64,000 bases of DNA. It comes from Candidatus Poribacteria bacterium. Its GTDB lineage: Bacteria > Poribacteria > WGA-4E > WGA-3G. Position 1 is the stretch's first letter, and each line of letters opens with the position of its first letter. Below are positions 10,788-17,727 of the stretch, piece by piece. The notes below the pieces were generated by a model that saw nothing but the letters and a program-made list of their open reading frames with translations, had not been told where the DNA came from and did no database searches. Location: positions 2,560,001 to 2,624,000 of the forward strand of contig OZ242029.1 of NCBI GenBank assembly GCA_965205015.1, written 5' to 3'. A program made the position numbers and the translations under genes.

Positions 10788-11419
10788 CAAGATAATGCCA
10801 CGCGGCATACCTCAGTCGTATGTGCATCGCAGTACCAGAAATACCCATCCCAGTAGGTCATGCCGTGGGGTTCCGGATGTGGTTCCGGTATCTCGATTTT
10901 GTTCAGATGGCTGCCATCTTCTGGATTGAGATGGAAGATTGCGCGATGGTTCGTCTCAACACACCAGAGATCGTCGCCTATCCATGCGATACCGTGCGGT
11001 CGAATACCGGGTGCTGGCAGCGTGTGGATCACTTTGAACCCGTCTTCGACATCGACCTGATAGATGGTGGCAGAGGGGGGTACTGCTATCCAGAGTTTAT
11101 TGTCGCGCCATTCTAAGCCGTGTGCGCCTGTCTGCTCTGCGCCGGGTGTCTCGTAAGAAGCGAGCGTTTTGCCGCTTTCTGGATCGGTTGCAAGGATTTC
11201 GCAACTGTAGGTTGAGGCGAGCCAGAGCGTGTCGCCTGTATCCGTGATACCGCTCCCTCTATCGGAGCCGGTGGCGAGCGTCTTTTTCACATCGCCGTCA
11301 TAGGAGACGAGATGCACTTCGTTGGTCTGTTGATCGAGGATCCAGAGTCCGTCTTCGGTGGCTTGCATTCCGTTGGGTTGTGGACCTGGGGTGTTAAAAA
11401 CTTTTTCGATTGCGGGCAT
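10787..11419 (-). CDS. Beta-propeller protein (glutamine cyclotransferase/NHL-like)
   Basis: Repeated P-H/N-G-(I/L/M)-x-W blades. Confidence 0.55.
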   Translation of the reverse strand: MPAIEKVFNTPGPQPNGMQATEDGLWILDQQTNEVHLVSYDGDVKKTLATGSDRGSGITDTGDTLWLASTYSCEILATDPESGKTLASYETPGAEQTGAHGLEWRDNKLWIAVPPSATIYQVDVEDGFKVIHTLPAPGIRPHGIAWIGDDLWCVETNHRAIFHLNPEDGSHLNKIEIPEPHPEPHGMTYWDGYFWYCDAHTTEVCRVALS

Positions 11420-11575
11420 GAGAAACCTCCGCAGAAAAATATCTTATTGAGGCTTTATTTTATGAGGTTTTGGAAAGGATGTCAAGGATTTTTTTGGACG
11501 GCTCACTATGAGTGCGTAGGAGCGCAATTCGTTGTGCCTCTTACATTCGCTTTCATAATGACGCTGAAAAAAAGG

Positions 11576-11604
11576 TTGTCCTTGAGGGGGATCGCGTGTA
11601 TAAT
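11576..11604 (+). promoter_or_regulatory. Sigma70-type promoter
   Basis: TTGTCC-17 nt-TATAAT upstream of the Uma2 gene. Confidence 0.55.
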
Positions 11605-11691
11605 AATAAGGAGCGTGTCTGAGCGTTTTGAAAAAAGTGGGTGTGTGGTGCGATGTTTCCACAGGCACTGCATTTAACAAGGAGAATCGGG

Positions 11692-12546
11692 ATGGCGATG
11701 TATAAAAAGGGGGCGCACCTGAGTTCTGCCCCGACCCAAGAAAGTAGCCTTTACCCAGAAACGGATGGAAAACCGATGGCGGCGAGTGATGATCATAGAC
11801 GTGTCCTAATGCGGGTCTTACGGGTTCTTGAAGCGTTTTTTAGGGAGACTCCGGATGTGTATGTTTCTGGGGATCTCATGATGTATTATGTTCAGGGGGA
11901 TCCACGGAAAGTTGTGTCCCCGGATGTGCTGGTCTCTTTCGGGATAGGTCAGAAGGCGCGACGGACGTATCAGGTCTGGGTGGAGGGCAAACCGCCAGAT
12001 TTTGTGCTGGAGTTGTCAAGTAAAAGCACGTACCAAAAAGACTTGCGGGAGAAGAAGGAACTTTATGCGGGTCTGGGGATTACGGACTACTTCTTATGCG
12101 ATATAGAGGGTCTGTATTTACCGGAGCCTCTGATGGGGTGGACGTTAGTTGATGGGAGTTATCAAGCGATTACGCCGTTGAACGGGGGAGGGTTTGCTTC
12201 TTCGGTGCTTGGGTTAGAGGTGCACCTACTTCCTGGGGATTTACAGTTTTATGACCCGGCCACAGAGCGGTGGCTTCAGACTCCTGAAGAGGCAGCCGAA
12301 GCCCATGCTGCGCAGGAGGGTCTTGCCCGCCAGCAAGCGGAAACCCGTGCGGCGGCAGAAGCGGAGCGTGCTGCGCAGGAGGGTCTTGCCCGCCAGCAAG
12401 CGGAAACCCGTGCGGCGGCGGAAGCGGAACGTGCTGCGCAGGAGGGTCTTGCCCGCCAGCAAGCGGAAACCCGTGCGGCGGCGGCGGAAGCGGAAGCCGC
12501 AGACCTGCGCTCCGAACTGGCACGTTTGCGGGGCAACCTCCCATAG
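11692..12546 (+). CDS. Uma2 family PD-(D/E)xK endonuclease with coiled-coil tail
   Basis: YPETDGKPMA, SPDVLV, PDFVLELSSKST motifs; RBS AAGGAG before ATG 11692. Confidence 0.88.
   Translation: MAMYKKGAHLSSAPTQESSLYPETDGKPMAASDDHRRVLMRVLRVLEAFFRETPDVYVSGDLMMYYVQGDPRKVVSPDVLVSFGIGQKARRTYQVWVEGKPPDFVLELSSKSTYQKDLREKKELYAGLGITDYFLCDIEGLYLPEPLMGWTLVDGSYQAITPLNGGGFASSVLGLEVHLLPGDLQFYDPATERWLQTPEEAAEAHAAQEGLARQQAETRAAAEAERAAQEGLARQQAETRAAAEAERAAQEGLARQQAETRAAAAEAEAADLRSELARLRGNLP
12307..12492 (+). repeat. In-frame 63-bp tandem repeat, about 3 copies
   Basis: Copies start at 12307, 12370 and 12433; encode AAQEGLARQQAETRAAAEAER. Confidence 0.95.
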
Positions 12547-12598
12547 ATTTCCCCGCAGCCTTCGGAAACCTCTGTCTTTTGCCACGACCTTCTCACCG

Positions 12599-12711
12599 TG
12601 TCCCCTCACCACAAGGCGATAAATCGCCTTACTACGAACCTGAACCTGTCCAATCCCATCCCTTTCCATAATCCCGCACCGGATATGTTCGCCAGAGATC
12701 CCGCAGCCATT
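12599..12711 (+). repeat. 113-bp direct repeat, copy 1 (REP + RAYT 3' end)
   Basis: Identical by eye to 16231-16343. Confidence 0.92.
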
Positions 12712-12916
12712 CAATCCCAAAATGTTTTTCATACCAATGTAAACTTGAGCATGTCGAATCTTTCGGTTTTTGCACGTAGTTATGCTTTGTCGGATTGTAG
12801 TGGATATAGTTCAAGGTTGTATAGTAATGTCTTTCGCTGCGAATCTGTCGATCACTGAAACGATACCAAACTTGCCGTCCAGATAGCGCTTCGCGACGAT
12901 TTAACTCACGTGCTGT
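12632..12916 (-). pseudogene. REP-associated tyrosine transposase (RAYT), C-terminal fragment
   Basis: TARELNRRE...VWYRFSDRQIRSERHYYTTLNYIHYNPTKH; N-terminal HUH half missing; GTAG-headed palindromes at both ends. Confidence 0.75.
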
Positions 12917-12989
12917 AGGGGCATGAACGCGGCGCCAGGGATACTGCTTTTGAAAAATACACGTATTTCCGAGGTATATCTGTTTATGA

Positions 12990-13105
12990 ATTAATGCTAT
13001 GATATGCGTTTTTATGCTATAATTGTGGTATATTGTGCATAATTATGCGTTTTTATGCTATAATTGTGGTATATTGTGCATGTTTTTGATATATTTCGCA
13101 ATAAT
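12990..13105 (+). repeat. AT-rich ~10-bp-periodic repeat array (41-bp higher-order repeat) upstream of mod1
   Basis: tatgcgtttttatgctataattgtggtatattgtgcat at 13003 and 13044; contains TGnTATAAT twice. Confidence 0.85.
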
Positions 13106-13128
13106 ATAAGATTTTTTTAGGAATCCCT

Positions 13129-14826
13129 ATGCCCTCACTCGATTTCAAAGGTAAACAGTTCATTTATGGACATCACCTCACCGTTCCCATCAGTACTATA
13201 GAGATAGATGCAGATAAATCCTTTACTGGCGAAAACGATCCATCCCTAAATGACAACCTGATTATCCACGGCGACAACCTACATGTGTTGAAGGCGCTGC
13301 TCCCCAAATACGCTGGCAAAATCAAGTGTATCTATATTGATCCTCCCTATAACACTGGCAACGAAAAATGGGTCTATAACGACAATGTTAACAATCCGCT
13401 GATGCAAGCGTGGTTGGAGAAACACAGTCCGGTTGATAATGAAGACTTGGAACGTCACGATAAGTGGCTGTGTATGATGTGGCCCCGACTCCATTTATTG
13501 CATGAATTACTGTCCGATGATGGCGTTATTTTTATCTCAATTGATGATAATGAAGTACACAATTTACATTTGCTGATGGATGAGATTTTCGATGGGCTGA
13601 ATTTTATTGCCTGTTTGCCGACTGTTATGAATCTTAAAGGTAACAATGATGAATTTGGATTTGCCGGAACCCATGAATATACTTTCTGCTGGGCGAAGGA
13701 CAAGCAACTTGCCCAAGTTGGCGAGTTTGAATTGGATGAGGAAGAACTAACAGCGTGGTTGGAAGATGATTATGGATATTACAAAAAAGGAGCTAATCTG
13801 AAATCTACTGGCGTGAACGCTCCGAGAGCTAAGAGACCTAATTTGTACTATCCAATATATGTCAATCAGAATAATGAATTGATAGTGACTGAAGATTTAT
13901 CTAAGAATAAGAATTATGAAAAATTATTCCCGATTACAGGTGGAGAAGAGATGAGTTGGCGGTGGAGTAAAGAAAAGGTATCAGCTGAATCTCACAATAT
14001 TATAGTGGAGCGGACGAAATCTGGAATCAGTTTGTTAAAGAAACAGAGGCCTGGTCTCGGTGACTTACCAACTAAAAAGCCGAAGTCTTTGTTTTATAAG
14101 CCTGAATACAGCAGTGGTAATGGAACCGCCGTATTGAAGCAAATATTTGGAAACAGGGAAGTTTTTAATAACCCGAAGCCAGTTCAGCTGCTGAAGGATT
14201 TGATTGGTCTCACTATCAAACAGGACGACATCGTTCTTGACTCCTTCGCTGGCTCAGGTACCACCGCCCACGCTGTCCTCGCACTCAACAAAGAGGATGG
14301 CGGTAATCGAAAATTTATCCTCGTTGAATGCCAAGATTACGCGGACACGGTCACCGCTGAACGCGTCCGCCGTGTTATCAACGGCGTTGAAAATGCCAAA
14401 GATGAGACACTTCAGAACGGCTTAGGTGGCTCCTTCACCTACTGCACCCTCGGTGAACCTATTGACGAGGAAGGCATGCTCACTGGCGAAAATCTTCCGA
14501 CCTACGAGGCTTTAGCGGACTATATCGCCTATACTGCCACCGGGAGTGCGTTGACTTCCATGGCAAAGCCGGAAGATTATTACTTCGGCGAAACTAACAA
14601 CATCCGTTTCTATCTCATCTATGAACCGACGTTAGAATTTTTAGAAAGTGATAAATCTGCGTTAGATGGGGCGCGTGCAGAGCAGATCGCCAAGGTGTGC
14701 AAGGAGACGGGTAAAAAGGCTTACGTCTATGCGCCTCAAAAATTCATCAGCCAGAAAGAGTTAACCGACATAGGGATCACCTTTTGCCAGCTGCCCTACA
14801 ACATCCATCGCATTGCAGATGCGTAG
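13129..14826 (+). CDS. mod: Type III RM adenine methyltransferase Mod, copy 1
   Basis: IYIDPPYNTG then VLDSFAGSGTT (beta-class order) with central TRD; res gene downstream. Confidence 0.9.
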   Translation: MPSLDFKGKQFIYGHHLTVPISTIEIDADKSFTGENDPSLNDNLIIHGDNLHVLKALLPKYAGKIKCIYIDPPYNTGNEKWVYNDNVNNPLMQAWLEKHSPVDNEDLERHDKWLCMMWPRLHLLHELLSDDGVIFISIDDNEVHNLHLLMDEIFDGLNFIACLPTVMNLKGNNDEFGFAGTHEYTFCWAKDKQLAQVGEFELDEEELTAWLEDDYGYYKKGANLKSTGVNAPRAKRPNLYYPIYVNQNNELIVTEDLSKNKNYEKLFPITGGEEMSWRWSKEKVSAESHNIIVERTKSGISLLKKQRPGLGDLPTKKPKSLFYKPEYSSGNGTAVLKQIFGNREVFNNPKPVQLLKDLIGLTIKQDDIVLDSFAGSGTTAHAVLALNKEDGGNRKFILVECQDYADTVTAERVRRVINGVENAKDETLQNGLGGSFTYCTLGEPIDEEGMLTGENLPTYEALADYIAYTATGSALTSMAKPEDYYFGETNNIRFYLIYEPTLEFLESDKSALDGARAEQIAKVCKETGKKAYVYAPQKFISQKELTDIGITFCQLPYNIHRIADA

Positions 14827-14849
14827 TGAACGGTTTGTGTTGTTCATAT

Positions 14850-14881
14850 GTCATCCAATAGGATGAAGGCTGGTGGATTGG
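14850..14881 (+). pseudogene. 32-bp relic of hicB
   Basis: gtcatccaataggatgaaggctggtggattgg matches hicB 23310-23341 with 3 mismatches. Confidence 0.7.
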
Positions 14882-14933
14882 TGACGTTTTCATACAATTC
14901 TGCGATGAGTCACCGCGAAAATGAAGGAGAACT

Positions 14934-15395
14934 ATGGAAGAAAAAGTTTCGCAAAAAGTGTTCATTGTCCATGGGCATGACGAGGCAACCAAGTCCGCTG
15001 TTGCAAGGTTCGTAGAAAGACTTGATTTAGAGGCAGTCGTGCTTGCTGAACAGCCCAGTGAGGGTTTGACGATTATTGAAAAGTTTGAAAAATACGCTAC
15101 AAGTGCCGACTTTGCGATTGTCCTGATAACTCCCGACGATGTTGGTGCCTCTATTCAAAAGAAGAGCGATCTCAAACTCAGAGCACGGCAGAACGTTATC
15201 TTTGAACTTGGGTATTTCTTCCATGCGTTAGGGCGTAAAGGCGTTTGTGCTCTCTACAAAGAAGGCGTTGAGCTCCCTTCGGATATTTACGGTGTTGTTT
15301 ATGTCCTTATTGATGAGTTTGATGCATGGCAACTGACACTGGCGAGAGAAATGAGGCAGGCGGGACTATTTTTCGATGCAAACAAACTTTTATAG
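14934..15395 (+). CDS. Stand-alone TIR-like nucleotide-binding protein (Cap12/Pycsar effector TIR type), TIR1
   Basis: KVFIVHGHD, TIIEKFE, FAIVLITPDD, RARQNVIFELG, ELPSDI. Confidence 0.88.
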   Translation: MEEKVSQKVFIVHGHDEATKSAVARFVERLDLEAVVLAEQPSEGLTIIEKFEKYATSADFAIVLITPDDVGASIQKKSDLKLRARQNVIFELGYFFHALGRKGVCALYKEGVELPSDIYGVVYVLIDEFDAWQLTLAREMRQAGLFFDANKLL

Positions 15396-15557
15396 AACAT
15401 GGAATGTGAAACTCTTGGTAGGATTCTTGTAAGATTGTCCTTCCAAAATTGGGTTTGACGCTACCAACGGATTAATGTTATCATCAATATAGGGTTCTCA
15501 TCTTATACGAGCGGAGGTCTCTCCGCACTGTATCGGCATAAGAATGGAGGAAAAATC

Positions 15558-16016
15558 ATGAACACGAAAAATCGGCGGAACGTTTTTATCTCCCATGGAC
15601 ATGACGAGGAAGCTATAACAACTGTTGCTAAGTTCGTAGAGACATTAGGTGTAAAGGTAACCGTTCTTGACGAACAACCTAAGAAAGGACAAACAATCAT
15701 TGATAGGTTTGAGGAACAGGTAGATGAGGCGGGCTTCGCAATCGTCCTATTGACTCCCGACGATGTTGGTTCCTCAAAAGCCACAGGAAAACGCAAGCCC
15801 AGAGCCCGTCAAAATGTTATCTTTGAACTTGGTTATCTCCTGGGGGGTTTGGGCAGTGAAAGAGTGTGTGCCCTCTATAAAGAAGGCGTTGAGTTACCAT
15901 CCGATATTCGTGATGTAGCCTATATACCCATGGATAGTGCCGATGATTGGAAACTAAAACTCAGTCAGGGCATGCGAAAAGCGGGACTGCCTATTGATAT
16001 GAACTGGGGCAGTTGA
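15558..16016 (+). CDS. Stand-alone TIR-like nucleotide-binding protein, TIR2
   Basis: VFISHGHD, FAIVLLTPDD, RARQNVIFELG; paralogue of TIR1; possible own promoter (TTGACG...TATCAT) at about 15455-15484. Confidence 0.88.
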   Translation: MNTKNRRNVFISHGHDEEAITTVAKFVETLGVKVTVLDEQPKKGQTIIDRFEEQVDEAGFAIVLLTPDDVGSSKATGKRKPRARQNVIFELGYLLGGLGSERVCALYKEGVELPSDIRDVAYIPMDSADDWKLKLSQGMRKAGLPIDMNWGS

Positions 16017-16050
16017 AGAAATAGACCCATGGTGAAATAGAGGAGGAACT

Positions 16051-16130
16051 ATGGAAGAGAAAACATTACCAAAGTTTCTTGTGAGCAGAGAAGAAAATAT
16101 AAGAACGAATTAATAAAGGTCAACAACTCC
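16051..16130 (+). pseudogene. Truncated relic of a TIR3-like N-terminal domain
   Basis: RBS GAGGAGG + MEEKTLPK..., then (shifted) ERINKGQQL, homologous to TIR3 MEEEILPK...ERIYKGQQF. Confidence 0.7.
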
Positions 16131-16154
16131 ATTGCTTGATTGCACCATTGGTTT

Positions 16155-16206
16155 GTAGTCGCGCAATTCATTGCGCATAGAAGCAGGCGATAAATCGCCT
16201 TACTAC
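16155..16206. repeat. Inverted doublet of GTAG-headed REP palindromes
   Basis: GTAG-tc-GCGCAATtcATTGCGC ... AGGCGATaaATCGCCT-ta-CTAC; related units at 11516, 12613 and 16245. Confidence 0.7.
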
Positions 16207-16230
16207 GAAACTGTATCCCAACATTCACCT

Positions 16231-16343
16231 TGTCCCCTCACCACAAGGCGATAAATCGCCTTACTACGAACCTGAACCTGTCCAATCCCATCCCTTTCCA
16301 TAATCCCGCACCGGATATGTTCGCCAGAGATCCCGCAGCCATT
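16231..16343 (+). repeat. 113-bp direct repeat, copy 2 (REP + RAYT 3' end)
   Basis: Identical to 12599-12711; ends exactly at the TA of the following MITE. Confidence 0.92.
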
Positions 16344-16459
16344 AGGGTAAAGTCCAAAAACATGTGAACACAATTCGGACCTGATACTTCACCGCCGCTG
16401 GCGAGGTTTCCTAACCTCGCCGACTCCTAAGTGTCCATTTAATTGTAGGCTTTACTATA
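16343..16459. mobile_element. IS630-type MITE with internal hairpin
   Basis: TA-bounded; ends TAGGGTAAAGTCCAAAAA and (revcomp) TATAGTAAAGCCTACAATTAAATGGACAC resemble the termini of the IS630 at 19750-20665; internal GGCGAGGTT-tcct-AACCTCGCC-like hairpin. Confidence 0.65.
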
Positions 16460-16580
16460 AACCTAAAGAAACTATCCTTATAAAAATCGGCTAATGTTCT
16501 CGCTTAGCATAGTTTGGCTGTACTTCGTTAATGAACTTTGTTGACCCATTACCTTCGGTCGCTAATTCTTTCATTGATCC

Positions 16581-16711
16581 ATTAATGCTATGATATGCGT
16601 TTTTATGCTATAATTGTGGTATATTATGCGTAATTATGCAATTTATGCTATAATTGTGGTATATTATGCGTAATTATGCTATAATATGATGTATTATGAT
16701 GTAATGTTATG
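16581..16711 (+). repeat. Second AT-rich ~10-bp-periodic repeat array, upstream of TIR3
   Basis: Begins with the same attaatgctatgatatgcgtttttatgctataattgtggtatatt as 12990; 40-bp higher-order period; three TGnTATAAT. Confidence 0.85.
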
Positions 16712-16777
16712 TTCTAATTTCATATTAACAGGGATGTTTTTGAAGTGCCGCGTCGCCACAAAAATGGAGGGAAGATT

Positions 16778-17647
16778 ATGGATGGGAAAAATCGGCGGAA
16801 AGTATTTATGGAAGAGGAAATTCTACCAAAGTTACCAAAACTACACGAAAGTAAAGAAGTAGCACGTCAGAAAATACAAGAGCGAATTTATAAGGGGCAG
16901 CAATTCCGCGACCGACAGATAGATACAAAGGATGAATTGGAAAATGCCGTAGAAAAATGTGAAAGATGGTCAGCATATAACGAATGCCTCTTATCTAACC
17001 TATTTGATAAAATGCCAAGAAGGGGTTATTATTCTGGCTTCTCTGGTCGGGGTATTACTTACTTTGGCACTGGTCTCGGATTGCCTGTGCGTGAACCTGC
17101 TTTTTCACAGAAATTGGACAAATATCGGAAATCTATGAAATCCAGCATTGTTAGTTTGGAAGGGATCCTTGACCTACTTGAGCTATGTAGCGAACCATTA
17201 GACATCGCCCTGCGCACTTCGGGTAACACTGAGCCCTACGTTTTTATCGGACATGGGCGTTCACAGAATTGGCGAGAGCTCAAAGATTTTATAAGCGATG
17301 AACTGAAACTGCCTTGGGATGAATTCAACCGAGTTCCAGTTGCTGGTGTAACCAATATTGCACGCCTTGATGAAATGTTGGGGCAGGCGTGTATGGCATT
17401 CCTTGTGATGACAGCTGAGGATGAACAAGCTGATGGCAAATTACGCGCCCGTGAAAATGTGGTTCATGAAGCTGGTCTGTTTCAAGGTAGACTTGGTTTT
17501 GAAAGGGCAATTGTTTTACTTGAAGAGGGCTGTCAGGAATTTAGCAACATTCAGGGGCTTGGTCAGATTCGCTTTCCTAAAGGGAATATAAAGGCAGCCT
17601 TTGAGGAAATTCGTCAAGTCTTAGACCGGGAAGGAATAATCCGATAA
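16778..17647 (+). CDS. TIR-like nucleotide-binding protein with unknown N-terminal domain, TIR3
   Basis: C-terminal VFIGHGRS, AFLVMTAEDE, RARENVVHEAG, EEG..EFSNIQG; RBS GGAGG before ATG 16778. Confidence 0.85.
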   Translation: MDGKNRRKVFMEEEILPKLPKLHESKEVARQKIQERIYKGQQFRDRQIDTKDELENAVEKCERWSAYNECLLSNLFDKMPRRGYYSGFSGRGITYFGTGLGLPVREPAFSQKLDKYRKSMKSSIVSLEGILDLLELCSEPLDIALRTSGNTEPYVFIGHGRSQNWRELKDFISDELKLPWDEFNRVPVAGVTNIARLDEMLGQACMAFLVMTAEDEQADGKLRARENVVHEAGLFQGRLGFERAIVLLEEGCQEFSNIQGLGQIRFPKGNIKAAFEEIRQVLDREGIIR

Positions 17648-17727
17648 CTCAATAGAGGTTTCCCAATTTAAACCGCGCAATAATTTCCTTGATACATTAA
17701 GTCTATATTTTTCTTAAGGATTCCTTA

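Noticed and set aside
12990-13105. CRISPR array (also considered for 16581-16711 and 53165-53241)
   Set aside because: Repeats are contiguous with no unique spacers, and no cas genes are present.
14934-17647. Complete CBASS, Pycsar or Thoeris system
   Set aside because: No cyclase, STING/SAVED/cNMP-binding domain or ThsA recognisable in the window.
14827-17727. Integron cassette array
   Set aside because: No integron integrase and no convincing attC sites; the genes have their own promoter-like sequences.
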